From the NCBI GenBank assembly GCA_951406725.2, contig OX597835.1:18848001-18912000 (forward strand): DNA of 64,000 nucleotides. The letters run 5' to 3'. A model generated the notes under the pieces. The model saw only the letters and a program-made list of their open reading frames with translations. It ran no database searches and was not told the DNA's origin. Of this stretch, positions 1 through 14,090 are shown one piece after another (the stretch's first letter is position 1; the number at the start of each line of letters is the position of its first letter). The position numbers and the translations under genes were made by a program. The stretch is from Octopus vulgaris. Its lineage: Eukaryota.

Positions 1-356
1 GATGTTCGTAATCACATACAACTAATTTGAAATTCATGCTGAATAAGAATATTTCTAAATTTGCTGAACAGGTAGGAGAGATATATTAGTGTATCTAAGT
101 ATGCATGTAAATATCCACGTTGCAAATGGAATTGATTAAAGAAATAATACGAAATTAAATTTTCCATATTTCACATAGATAACTCAGATAGATCCCATTC
201 GAGATATTGAATATCGTATGAGTGTGTGTATATTGGTGTATGCCTAAGCAGACATAGGTGTGTATTGGTGTATCTATATGCATACTTGCAAAATATAAGC
301 AAACGAGCATGGATGCATTCTTTCATATAAATATATATGAATATATATACATATAC

Positions 357-397
<41 letters not shown>

Positions 398-433
398 TAG
401 ATAGATACATCATATATATATATATATACATAC

Positions 434-475
<42 letters not shown>

Positions 476-664
476 AATACATATGTATATGAATTTGTAT
501 TGATACATTTCTACATATGCAAATATATATTTGTTTTGATAAATATATTGACGCGAGTATACGCATATACGTTGATATATGTGTGTGTTTGTGTGTGTAT
601 GCGTATGTGTTTCAGCATATAGAGTAATACCCATACACTCATGTACATATACATCTCTAGCAAA

Positions 665-732
<68 letters not shown>

Positions 733-740
733 ATATATGT

Positions 741-771
<31 letters not shown>

Positions 772-993
772 CACACATGCTTATGTGGACTTATCATCGT
801 GCATGTGGATGTAAGCACGTTTTACATTGTGGAGTCGATGTGTGAATACAGGAAATTCGTAATTTGTTTAATTTTGAAAATACATTTACAATTTAATTTT
901 GTACAACAATAATATTAAACATAACACGAATTATCATTCTTAATATCATTACTACTACTACTACAACTGCTACTACTATTATTATTATTATTA

Positions 994-1086
<93 letters not shown>

Positions 1087-1480
1087 TCGTGTAAACATCG
1101 AAGTAATTTTTAGACCAAAAAAGAGTTTTATTTATACATTATATGCTTCTTTGATGTTTTCATTTCAAATATTAATTTTTCCACGTGCTCAATCACCAAC
1201 TTCCATTTTACAAAGCAACTTTCATTATTACATCTATATATTTATTTCCTCTTTCCTCGTAACCTAATTCTTGAAACATTTTTTTTTTCGTTTTGTTTAC
1301 TAACAAACTAGACAGGAAAAATTGAATTTTTAAATTTGTTCTTTTAAAGTAGACAGCCAGCAAAAAAAAAGTATATATAATAATTTGATTTAAAAAAAAT
1401 TAAAATCAAAAGAAGATAATTTGATAAAATACAACTATACATTTAAAACAAATTGAGAACACACGTAGTCGGACGCAGAG

Positions 1481-1531
<51 letters not shown>

Positions 1532-1696
1532 CACACACACACACAGAAACACAACCACACAACCACACACATACACGCACATACATACAAGTATGTGGTT
1601 TATACTATTTATAACCTACATTCTAACATTCTCAGCAGATTGAGTCACTTTTTAGTATAGTGGATAACTTAATCAATTTAGGAAGCATATAACGCT

Positions 1697-1731
<35 letters not shown>

Positions 1732-1759
1732 CATATGTATATATATATATATATATATA

Positions 1760-1850
1760 AAGATAACCGAAGAGATGGTGTTGTGGATTTACACCTCGGC
1801 ATTCGAAACTCAGAGTTTTATCTTGGCCACCGAATAATTGTCACATATTA
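1760..1850 (+). mobile_element. PLE-type terminal repeat fragment with degenerate hammerhead core; second copy at 38394-38480
   Basis: AAGATAA-CCGAAGA-...-GAAA-CTCAGAG-TT-TTATCTT; closely matches 38394-38480; embedded in (TA)n. Confidence 0.6.
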
Positions 1851-1871
1851 TTTTACAGATAAATTTCCTCC

Positions 1872-2035
<164 letters not shown>

Positions 2036-2086
2036 ATGGGTGTGTATATATATATATATATATATATACACAATCATATACATGGA

Positions 2087-2894
2087 TACGAGGGGATCCC
2101 AAAAGAATTCGGAATTTTATAATATCCTATTCACTTACTGACATGTTTAAACTTTTATCGCCTTCAAATTATTCTCCATTTGAAGCAATTCATCGCCCCA
2201 CCCGCATTTTCCACTGTCGTAAACAATGCTGGAACTCTTGCCCTTTAACACGACAGTGTTTTTTTGTTCTTCACATCTTCAACATCTGCAAATTCCGTAG
2301 CACCAGCTTTCGTCACCAGTAATGACCTTCGAAGAATAGCCGGGCTCCCATCCCAACTTTTCATTCAGGTCATGACATGCATTCAGCCATGACTGCTTTT
2401 GATCTCGCGTGAGCAAGTGAGGCACAAATTTTGCTGCAACTCTTTTCATTCGCAATTCCTCGCTCAATATTCGTTGGCAGGAATCCACGAGACACCGGTC
2501 AAGTCAACAAGTTCATGAATGTTGACGATGTTTAAATTCGTTCGGGAGGCCCCCGTTCGCTTTAACGACATTGGTCATCAAGAGACAAGTGACTAATCCC
2601 AAATTGTGAAAACCAGTTGTAACCTTATATTTTGCTCAAGGCAGCATCTTTGTGAGTTGTTTCAAGCTTGATAACTGTTCCAACCGATGTTTTTCCCAGC
2701 AGAAAACAGAATTTCCAGGAAGCACGCAGTTCTTTCGCTTCTACATAGCAAAACTCGATGAAGAGGGTAGGAGCACTCCAGAATAAAATGCATCACATGA
2801 CAGTACGACCGCAAGAGATGATGCTAGTCGGTACACTCTTGAAGGAATGTCGCATCAATTGGCTTCTAACGGCAGAGGCCTGATATGCAACTTG

Positions 2895-2900
<6 letters not shown>
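2087..2900 (-). mobile_element. Mariner transposon remnant, internally deleted and degenerate
   Basis: Minus-strand peptides [42 protein letters not shown], then a jump to C-terminal [19 protein letters not shown]; TIR-like TACGAGGGGATCCCAAAAG at 2087; no matching second TIR seen. Confidence 0.85.
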
Positions 2901-2935
<35 letters not shown>

Positions 2936-3069
2936 GTCTGTATATATATAAACACATATATATATATACATACATGCATATATATATATATCAAATATAA
3001 ATTTAAACCAGAAAACAAATATATCGCGGTATACGTGTTTCAGGCTCTATAAAAGATCCATGTCATAGA

Positions 3070-3311
3070 TTAAGGACAGTGCATTTGTAAATTACATTAC
3101 ATCTTCTGTAATGGGTTTGTAACGGGCAAATTGTTCCAGGACTGCAATTACAATTAGTTGTATTTTGGGGCTGTATTCAGGAAGAGAGGAGGTAATGTCG
3201 TCAGAGAGCTTAGAGAAGGAAGTAGAAGATTCTATATTCTTAGTATTATTAACGTTAACATTACATGTATACATATATATGCATATTTATTTTATATATA
3301 TATATATATAA

Positions 3312-3365
<54 letters not shown>

Positions 3366-4170
3366 TCGTGTCTGTGTGCGTGTCTGTGTGTCTGTTTCTG
3401 TGTGTGTGAAATTCTTTCCCACCAGAACCTTTCTATCTCTGTCTACAATTGCTCTACATAGACATATTATACCTTTTTCGGAATCGGGATTATTCTGGTA
3501 TTGCACATCTGACCTTCAATTGGTTCTTGAACATCCAGGATTTGATTCTGATGTAAGAACATTTGGGGTGCTATTTCAAGCAGGTAAGGCGACTTTGGAA
3601 TATCTCAGAAGGCTTACAAGTGTTACCTCTGTTAGCTGAAATATTAAACGCGATATTCTGTGTTAGAAAATTTACCGAAACCTTTTTGAATTTAATACTA
3701 AAATATTATTAAACTTACCTCCGTTACCTACAATAATACAATTAACAAGATTCAAGGAAAATCACTCAAAATTATTGCACTTCGCCTCATATGGTAGTGT
3801 TTTACCCATGGTCAGCTCTGTTGTTTATTATGTTGTTGGAAATGGCAACAATTTGTTTGTATTTACAATGATAAAACCAAGAATTTTGCTGCTATATATA
3901 CACACCAGCTTAAGAGTTACACTCCGTGAAAGATTTTACACTAGTACTTGCGGCGGACTAACTGAGTATATAGTAAATCCCAAAAATAACACACACAAAA
4001 GAAAACAACAAAAACGCGAGGACGTGTAAAGTATTAGCAGACGCTTTGGGTAGGAAAGCAAGAAGGTTTAACGTTTCGAGCAAATGCTCTTCTTCGGAAA
4101 CAGAGGAAAGTCCAATAGGAAAGGAAAATGGAGGAAGAAAATCACCAACGATTCACAGGTATATTAGTCA
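3070..4170 (-). mobile_element. Highly decayed Penelope-like RT/thumb remnant with terminal repeat
   Basis: Minus-strand fragments in PLE order: ELTMGKTL (~GLAMGSPL), ILDVQ (~FLDV), NNPDSEKGIICLCRA (~HP..KGII..L..RA), SLPEYSP..KP; hammerhead-like CCGAAGA-AGAGC..GCTC-GAAACGTT at about 4068-4097. Confidence 0.5.
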
Positions 4171-4189
4171 ACAGAAACCCCACTGAATG

Positions 4190-4600
4190 GACTGGTTTAC
4201 TTGTCCGAGTTGTTGTGAGTTTGTCCTAATGCAAGGTTCAACAATTTGTGAAACTTTCAAAACAAAATCCTACAATAACATAAATAAATCGCTGCACACA
4301 TGTTTACTGATTGAAATTGTCTCAAGTCGAACTTCACCCGACCATTTTTTTCAACAGATTTTTTTAAAATGTTCATAGCACAGTCCTTCATCCATAATGT
4401 GGAATTAAAATTATATAATCACTTGTCACCAGTGTTTGATATATGCCACATGATTCAGCTTTTTTTGTCTTTAGACATTTTGTTTGTTAATATATGGTTT
4501 GCAATTACATTCTGTCTCGTTTCGCAATATTTGTATATGGATGTTGTTATGTACATCATATGTGATTTTCTTTCGAGGAAAAATATAATTTTCACAGTTT
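4190..4600 (-). mobile_element. Very decayed mariner-like fragment
   Basis: Minus-strand ISNTGDK*LYNFNS resembles IxTGDEKWIYYxNP, preceded by a segment resembling the WVPHxLS..QK region. Confidence 0.4.
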
Positions 4601-4932
4601 GCGACAGGTAAACAAATGAAAAATTGATGATAAAGTTATTACAAAATTTCAACGAGAACTTGTGAAGAACTGTGAAACCAAAATTAATAATCTGAAAAAA
4701 GAAATTGACAGAGAAACATTCAAGAAAAAGTATAAAAATTGTTGAGAAAAATTTCGGAAGTACAATTAATTTCGCTCGTGATATAACAGAAGTTTTCTTG
4801 AAGAACGGCAGCAATATAAGGAAACTGACTTTCATTGTATGTTCCTAGCATCTCACCAAGAAAAAATGGAATTGATCAAAAACGAAATACCAACCTCTAA
4901 GACATCAAATCACAAACGGACAACGTATACAG

Positions 4933-4966
<34 letters not shown>

Positions 4967-5083
4967 ATTAAACTAGAGATAAAACCACTATTAGGCAAAT
5001 CAAACAGTGAAAAACATAAACCAAAACATAGAAATAGAATTAATTAATATAATATACAAAATATATAAAATATAAAATATATT

Positions 5084-5161
<78 letters not shown>

Positions 5162-5174
5162 AAATGGGACCTCC

Positions 5175-5830
5175 TGTCCATTAGAAGGAAAATGTCTGGA
5201 GAAAGGAATCCTGTATTGAGCGAAAGTGCAAATAGAAGGCCTACTTTAATATAGAACTTACATAGGTGCTACTGAAAATTCTTTCAAGGCCCGATTTTAT
5301 TCTCATAGAAATTCCTTCCGATACCCCGAAAATAAGACAAAGACCAGCTTGGCAAAATATGTCTGGGAATTAAAAGAATATGAAACCCGGCTTTTCAACG
5401 TGGTATGTAGAATTTTAGATAAAGCATCACCTTACAGACACGGTACGCATAAAAGACCCATCAAATGTAATTTATGTCTCTTGGAAAAATTCCAGGACAA
5501 AGGCGCTTTGAATCAAAGACGCGAACCCTAGAATTCCTGCAGACACGCAACAACATTTAAAATACAATATGGATTGTATATATTTTTTGAAGCTTGAACT
5601 AGTTTTCAATCCTACTATTGGATTTGTATTTTGTAATGCGTGGCTTATTTCGCATCACAAAGTTATTGTGTGTGTGTCGACATAATTCTTAAGAAAGCCT
5701 TCTACTGTTAGACAAGTAAGACACGACCATCTAATGACCGTCTACTTTACTGACACCCCACCCTATATGTAACGACTAGCACATGCCACTGGAAACCTTT
5801 TTATCGAAGCTTTAATGTTTCAGAGACTCG
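5175..5830 (+). mobile_element. Penelope-like GIY-YIG endonuclease remnant plus 3' region
   Basis: CPLEGKCLEKGILY*AKV..TYIGATENSFKARFYSHRNSF..SLAKYVWELKE..KCNLCLLEK..LNQRRE..SCRH with in-frame stops. Confidence 0.85.
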
Positions 5831-5941
5831 AAAACATCGACGCAGGTTGGCATGTGGAGGTGGGGGGATAAGCAGAAACACAAATGCACACACACACTCC
5901 CATATGCATACGCACATTACAGATATATGTGTGTGCGCGTG

Positions 5942-5998
<57 letters not shown>

Positions 5999-6000
5999 GC

Positions 6001-6042
<42 letters not shown>

Positions 6043-6049
6043 ATTGTGT

Positions 6050-6250
6050 CATTATGTCTGTGTTTGTCATCCAACGACATATCATTATCGGCGTTGGTGT
6101 GTTTACGACCCCGTAACAGCAGAACAGACCGATGGAAAAAGTTTTGGGTACTAAAAAGAAATAAGTCCCGGTAATCATTTGTTCAACACAAAACCTTTCA
6201 ACTAGGTGCTCCAGTGTGGCCACAGCCAAAATGACTCAAACAAATAAGTG
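6050..6250 (+). mobile_element. SINE family A, degenerate 3' half
   Basis: GGTGTGTTTACG..ATAAGTCCCGG..GGTGCTCCAGTGTGGCCACAGCCAAAATGACT matches the tail of the copy at 26656. Confidence 0.75.
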
Positions 6251-6305
6251 ATAATACCCCATCTCTCTCTCTTTCTCTGTATATATATATATTTATATGT
6301 GTATG

Positions 6306-6342
<37 letters not shown>

Positions 6343-7496
6343 TGTTGAGTCTGGGGAGAGTCATATTGAAAAGGTTGCAAGACGCAACGAAAATTTTAGA
6401 AAATAAAAATAAGAAATAAGTGGAAATTTTACCGTGAGTGTGTCAACTAATAAGGCACTAAAAGAGAATAACTCCCCACAGACACAACAGAATATGCTTC
6501 AACACACGAACTCATGTAGAGAATCTTGCAAACCAAATCCCAAAGCGAAATACACACATATATATATATATATATATCTGCTTTCAATATAAATGATATG
6601 AATTGTCCCCATGGTGGTAATTGAGATAGCAGTAGTTATGAAGGCATTGATGCCACAAGGATCTTGAACCACAGGTAGCTTGATATCTGGGGCAATATTA
6701 CTCGCGAGATTCGATTATTAGATACGGGGTCATTATTCATTTCATCAGTGGAACTTGTTCATCTTCAGAAACGGAAAGTGCAGAACGACCACCTGGGTCT
6801 GAAAGTGACAGCATTAATTCTGCTTTGTTTGGTGTACCTACAGACATCCGCATTTAGGCAGACGCACACTCACAGATCACATAAATACATGCATATACGG
6901 AAAACACACATATGTGTGTGTCTGTGTCTGTGTGCCTGTGTGTATGTGTCAGTGTGTGTGTTTGTGTGTGTGCATGTGTGTTATTAATGTATGTATGTTA
7001 ACATATATACATGTATCGATTGCTTGAAGTGACGAAAAACATTTTTGATATTAAGGAAAATTCGGTAGTCAGAATTACGGATAATTAGCTATTGGCACCC
7101 TCGTGTCATTCATGGAGATGCTTCTGATATCCGAGAAGTTTCCGACGTCATGAATGACACAAAAGCGCTAATAAAGAATTGTCCAAAATTCAGACTACCC
7201 ACTTTTTCTGAATATTTTTAATATTCTATTTTTCTATTTATTAGATCAGTGTACTCTGTGTCTCTTTGAAAAGTATATATTTCGAACACAAGTTTAGTGG
7301 TTATTCTGTGCTTATCAAGAGAAACAAGCCACAAACCATTGGTGCGCAGATATTGCTTTGAGGTGAGTAGGACGCTAAGCACCCTTCTTCGAAAATATAA
7401 GGACGCTGTCGCATAGCCAGCTGGAGACGAGGTTGAAATAAAAGTTACAATCATACTAACCAGGACTGCCACATCGCACAGGCAGATAATCTTTAC

Positions 7497-7561
<65 letters not shown>

Positions 7562-7856
7562 ACAGAAGCCATCTTAATATGCTAACCACAAAGGGAGAGG
7601 GTGTTACTGTAGCTTTATAGCCCCTTTATAGCTGATGAATACCCCTCCGCTGTGGTGTATGTGGCTTCTATACTACGAGCGATTACTGTTTACATCTCAT
7701 TCGAGATTTAATAATGTATATATATATATATATATATATCACTCACACACGCATATACGTGATGAATACTTGTGTGTGTATGTACGTATACGAGTGTGTC
7801 TGTATGTGTGGAATTTGTTATATCTATATCTATCTAACTATCTATCTATCTAGCCA

Positions 7857-7888
<32 letters not shown>

Positions 7889-8774
7889 AATTATATACAT
7901 ATAAGAATATAAGAGGGAATTTTACCACTATGTGGAAACCCTTATGCTAGAAGAATAATCGCTATGGTCTTAACCACTAAGTATTGTTCTGTAGAAAATT
8001 TAGCAAACACCAGAAACGTAAGCGAGCTAGATAAATGAAAAGTAACAAAAATATTTTTGTTATCATAGCGGACCTTCTTCTAGCATAAGGTTTGCCACAT
8101 ACTGGTAAAATTCCCTCATATGCTAGACCACTGATGTTAAAATTGATGTTATCAAATTAATATCCAATTTTTCACCCTCATTTTAATTTAAATTTTATAT
8201 ATATATATATATCGTTAGATATATTTGCCACTTAAATGTGGCTAACCTTTCAGAGTTGATGCTACTGTAGTTTTTAGCTGCAAGAAGAAATCATCTCCTC
8301 CAGCTGATAGGGCACAAAAAGTATGTCAATAGCCAGGTGGAAGAGATGTCTTCCTGGGGCTACAAGCTACAGTAACATCAACCCTTAAGGGTTAATCACA
8401 TTTTAGATGCAAATATACTTCACGATGTCATGCAGCTGCTGTTTATACCTCGCTCGGAAATTTATTATTACTTATACATATATATATCTACATACATAAG
8501 CCTTTTTCCTGGGGTGCTACCGAATCTGCCAGCTCCCTGTCTTCGCTTGTAATAATATTGCAAACTCTTGATTTTTTTTTTTACGTTATTAGTACCTGCT
8601 TCTAATCTCCGATTGTTTCATGAACAGTGGTCCCCTCCCACGAAATTGGGTGCTATTCTATTTCGTCTGTTGATAAATTCCTCGTTTTAAGCAGTCGCCA
8701 TGGATAATCGGTAGAAGTGCCTTTCACATGATTTATTGTATTCATAGAAACGTTACTAATATTCACTTGATAAG

Positions 8775-8990
8775 GTGGCGTGCGGCAGAATCGTTAGCAG
8801 GCCGGGCAAAACCCTTAGCAGTATTTTGTCTGCCGCTACGTTCTGAGTTCAAATTCCGCCGAGGTCGACTTTGTCTTTCGTCCTTCCGGGGTCGATTAAA
8901 CAAGTGCCAGTTACGCACTGGCGTCGATTTAATCGACTTAATCCGTTTGTCTGTTCTTGTTTGTCTCCTCTGTGTGTAGCTCCTTGTAGA
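8775..8990 (+). mobile_element. SINE family B (tRNA head plus MetaSINE-like central domain)
   Basis: GGCAGAATCGTTAGC..GAGTTCAAATTCCGCCGAGGTCGACTTTG..TCCTTCCGGGGTCGATTAAA; A/B-box-like motifs; homologous to 48291 and 61563. Confidence 0.85.
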
Positions 8991-10553
8991 TCTTTAAAAA
9001 AGATCCTGAAAATTTAGGTTCTTAAAACCGGAACCACATCTGCTGTTATAGGCTTGGACATGAACATATTCAAGCATACAAGAATAACGACAACCTACCG
9101 AAGCTAACATTCAACGAAGTTACAATAAAAAGGGACAAACAGGTTTTTTCGCTTTCACAAAAGAATACGTTACTTGCTTAAAGATATTGTACGATAGCCG
9201 TAGGAGGTTTTTTATGATTTTACCCATGATAATCTTCAGCGCCTCGGATCTTCTTTCGTTATTGCTATACTGTTTTGTTAACAATGAATCATTTCTTTTG
9301 ACGTAAGAGTCCCAGCATGCATCACGCTATCGGAAGTTGACAACGTAATCGAAATGCGCAGATAGCGAAGAGAGTATCATATGATTTTGAAAAATCCTCT
9401 GTGTGTGTGTGAGGGGGGTCTGTGGGTGTAAATATATATGTGTATATGTGTGTGTGACTGTGCGTGGGTTGTTGGGTGGGGGGGGTTACCAATTTCACAG
9501 TAAGAACTTATCCATTACAAACAAACCGAGATATTTTCATTAAAAACACATTAGCGTTATTTTTCCAGATGTAACATTAACAAATGTGTAATATTAAGAA
9601 ATATACAAACAAAGAACAAATACACCCCGCTACTTTATCAAAACAAAAATTCCAGAGATGCACACAAAAGGAAATATAAAGGAATAAATTTAAAAAAAAA
9701 AGAAATTGAGGGAAAAAAAAAAACAGCTGGTAACGGTTTTTGTTACTTTATAACAATGGAAATTGTTTGACAAAGCTAAAGCGACAGAATAAATTTATTT
9801 TATAATAAAATATAAAATTCAGTGAAACTATATATATATATATTTCCACTGAAAAGTAAACCAATTTCTACCAAATATATAGTTACGTCGGTTTTAATTT
9901 TGTTTTTTTCATTATTATTATTTGTTTTGCTGCTGTCTTTTTTTTTTTGCGCCGTGGTTTGTGTATGAAGACATGTAATATCAAATACATTCTCACTTCA
10001 AAGAGAAATTAACAAAATTGTAAAATCTTTTACATTTTTTTTCTTCTGTGATAACTTGAAAATAAGAAAGAGTTGCTTGAAAAGAAAACAAACGTAAAAT
10101 CGGAATTGTTTATTAATTTATGCAGATATGTAGATAATGGAAAACATACACATGCGCATTTAATACATTTATATGTACACAAACTTACACAGACAGACAA
10201 CAAACAACAACAAAAATACACAAAGAGAAGAATGACGATGAAGTCTTCAATATTCTTTAAGGAAGAATTAAGACAAAGCTATTGATATACGGGTATGTAA
10301 TGCTTTATGATATAATTGTTTAACATCAAAACAACTCTAAACTGTATACCATTAATCAAAATCGTTCCATCCGTGATAATCTCGCTTATATAAAATCAAA
10401 GATGTTCTTTCTATAATACTGTGCATCTCCCGTGTCTTTGAAAAATCAGTAAAGTTGAACAGTTGTTCTGAGTTATTTGATACAGTTCCTTGTGTTACTG
10501 GATGTTTCATGGCTTTGATACATTCACCATTTTATGGTTTATGTGGCGATTCC

Positions 10554-10687
<134 letters not shown>

Positions 10688-11692
10688 GAGGAGTACCTGA
10701 CCCGCCTGTTCAGGACGACTTTCGGGCCAGGGCCATGAACAACTTCCAGAGATCCCTGGCCTGGCAGTGCTACCGAGAAGCGCTACCCGTTCGGGATAAG
10801 CTCTACAGACACGGCTCGAGAAACACGGGGCCGACCTGCCCGAGATGCGGTCAAAGCGACGAAACCGTTCTGCACGCACTCGTGCAGTGTCCAACAATTT
10901 CCGACCTGTGGGCTTATGTCGAACAACTGCTGTCACGTGTGGGACGAGTCGGTTTATCAGCTGAGTCTATCGTCAATATATTCACGCCTCCTTCCTTCAA
11001 ACGGGAAGGAAGAGCTATTTTCATCATCCTTGTGGCTATGGCGAAAGAATGTAACTGGTGGACGCGTCTGAAAGGATTGGAGACAAACACTTTCCTCTCT
11101 GGTCAATCTCTCATCAACTTCTTCAAGTACCACTTGAAAAGGAAAGTGGGAGTAGAGAGACAAGTTTTGTCTAGCGAATGTTTTAAAAAAAGAAGGGTGA
11201 ATGTAGCAAGGATGGCACGTATGAATGACGAAGCCACCTTGAGCATAATCCTATGAACCCAGAAATTGAAAACAGAGGGTTACCCACTTGCAAACAAATG
11301 TGGTAACATATAACAATATTGACCAAGGTTACCGTGGTCTTTTTCGTAGGCTTTTCTTCCCACGGATAAACCTTACTTGCTTTCCCCTTTACACCATATA
11401 TCATAACACTGTGATACACGATCCCTATTGATCGTTCTTTTTTTCCTCTTCCCCCTTTTTTTCCCCTTTTTTCTTCTTTTTTCATTTCTCTTTCCTTTTG
11501 TTCCTTTTCCTTTCCTTTTTTTGTTCTTTTTATTCTTTTTATTTTATTCAATTTTTTTTTGTTTTTGTTCTTTTCTTCCCTTTTACGATCCCTCTTGATC
11601 GAAAACCTACGCCACCTTCATCCCCCAAAAGAAAAGCTCTACCTTGTAACTTGTCCCATCTGTGTGCAGCCCTGTGTGGCCAATAAAGAAAC
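10688..11692 (+). mobile_element. 5'-truncated Tx1/L1-type LINE: ORF2 C-terminus (zf-RVT) and 3' UTR
   Basis: ORF 10735-11256 LAWQCYREALPVRDKL..CPRCGQSDETVLHALVQC (CxxC..ETxxH..C zinc finger); T-rich 3' UTR; AATAAA at 11682-11687. Confidence 0.9.
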
Positions 11693-11805
<113 letters not shown>

Positions 11806-11966
11806 ATATCTATCTATCTATCTCTCTCTCTCTCTCGTCACCGAAGTCAAAGTACACTGTTTAAAACAACTAATACATATTCACAAATTAAACTTACCGG
11901 AATAGAAGCCGTACCTTAGAGGAATTATTATACTTAATAAAGATTAAATATACCAATATATATATG

Positions 11967-12031
<65 letters not shown>

Positions 12032-12797
12032 ATTTGTACATGTATATATGAAATGATTTCAAGTGTTGCTACAATGGTTTCGTTGACAGTTTCGACATTA
12101 ATACTTACTCAATACACCGTGAACCTCACATGCTCTTCAGGCAATTTTCCAAGCGAGTGGACAATGACATGTTGGGTAATCCATCCGCCTCCTGGAAGTG
12201 AAATTACAATCATAATACAGATGTGTAAATTGATATATGTCAGTGAGCCCCGAAGCTATCAATCAAGAACAGTGCATAGCTGAAAGACGTTCGAAGTATT
12301 ACTTACAGTTATAGATATTAAAATCAGAATTGCAAAGAATGTATGAAGCTTGCATCGAAATAAAAGCCCCGAAGGAAATAATTGGTGCGACACGTGAAAA
12401 ACACTCGTAATCTTTTAGTATTCCTTTAAACCATATTCAAATATCCCTTCTTAGTTGAATACTTTGAATATTATTCGAATTGCGAATTACCCGGCAATAA
12501 TGTCTTTACTTCACCGATGCCTTCCACGCTGGGATAATGGACGGTTTCGCTCTCAGCACCGCATGATTCTCTCAAGCAATTTAGTGGCGTGTTTCACTTA
12601 CGTATGCCTTGCGTTTTACGTTTGACTTGTAATCGAAAATGCAGGCATACACACAACACACACACACACACTCACACATGCATGACCACACAATTTCACT
12701 CAAACACACACATTCACACACGCATGCACACAGACACAGACACATACACATATGTTGCTAGATAGCAAAAAATATATATAACATTATATGTATATAT

Positions 12798-12892
<95 letters not shown>

Positions 12893-13074
12893 CATATACA
12901 TATAGTTGTTTTATATTATCTCATTGTTATATTGTATTATGTCATTTCCTATTATATTATATTATTTGATATTATATTGTATTAAATTATGTTATATTAT
13001 ATTGTAGTATAGCATACTATAATATTATAGCATACTATAACATTATACTTGCCTACTATGCTTGCAGTCATAAG

Positions 13075-13450
13075 AGTGTGCTCATGCCGTCACAGTGCCT
13101 TGAAGATTTCTGTCGCGCAAATTGACTCCCATAATTTCTTTTTAAGTGTGCAACTTATTGTATCGGTTCTTCTACTGACCGCTAATTTACAGTGCGGTGA
13201 GCAAAACAATGGCGATTGTTACGAGGTAGTGGACTGAAACAGAAAATCAGGCACCCATACATAGATTTTTATATATACGATTTTTATATATCACAGGCTT
13301 CATTCAGTTTCCGTATACCAAATCTACTCACGGCTTTGTTCGACCCAAGGCAACAGCAGAAGATACCCAAGGTGCCACGCAGTGGTACTGAACCCGGAAC
13401 CATTTGGTTAGGAAGCAAATTTCTGGTCACGCAGCCACGTCTGTGCCTAT
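13075..13450 (-). mobile_element. SINE family A, degenerate
   Basis: CAAGGTGCCACGCAGTGGTACTGAACCCGGAACCAT is the reverse complement of the family A head. Confidence 0.8.
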
Positions 13451-13653
13451 GTATCTGCATGTATATATATAATACTTGTATACATACATAAGTTTATACA
13501 TAAGTATATCTGTGAAACTATACACTCAAATTATTCACTCTTAAGTATCTTGTCTATCTATCTGTCTGTATGTCTGTCTATGTATGTATGTATGTATGTA
13601 TGTATGTATCTATCTATCTACCTATCAATCTATCTATCTATCTATCTATCTAC

Positions 13654-13721
<68 letters not shown>

Positions 13722-13837
13722 TGCTTCATGGTTAATCCGTTGCCGTCCATATCGATAGATCTCACTAGCTTTCTGGAATCCCAGATAGTGACCAATAAAA
13801 TTGATGGTCGAAAATGGGGAAATGCGAAGCAACAATA

Positions 13838-14090
13838 TACGGCTGGGAGCTGAACAGTTCCTGGCTTCGAGTTTCATATAATACTGGAGATCAATTAATG
13901 ATGACATTATGCCATATATTTCCCTCTGCGATTCCCACACTTACTGCAGCAGTCATTCAGTTTTTCTAGGCCCTGTAAAAATACTTGCATAGTTGGGTCT
14001 CCGACCCGGCCACAGCGATAATCTTAAAGTGTTTTGCCATACCCTCGTTGTCTACCTGCCTCATCTCTGCAAATTTATATAGAAACACCC
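13838..14090 (-). mobile_element. Mariner 3' end remnant with TIR
   Basis: Minus-strand YFLQGLEKLNDCCSKCGNRRGKYMA* resembles the mariner C-terminus; ends GCCAGGAACTGTTCAGCTCCCAGCCGTA. Confidence 0.6.

Noticed and set aside
171-912. [12 protein letters not shown] and poly-I/N/Y/M ORFs here and throughout the window
   Set aside because: Translations of stop-free microsatellite frames
3426-3720. Good-looking splice signals: + strand open exon 3426-3583 and a - strand mini-intron at about 3637-3718
   Set aside because: No recognisable product, and the region is better explained as a decayed Penelope RT
12026-12283. ORF with a CUB-like look (SGNFPSEW..CWVIHPPPGSEITI)
   Set aside because: Fits the LINE pre-RT motif (NLSL.SG.FP..WK...V.PI) equally well and has no convincing splice boundaries; BLASTX would decide
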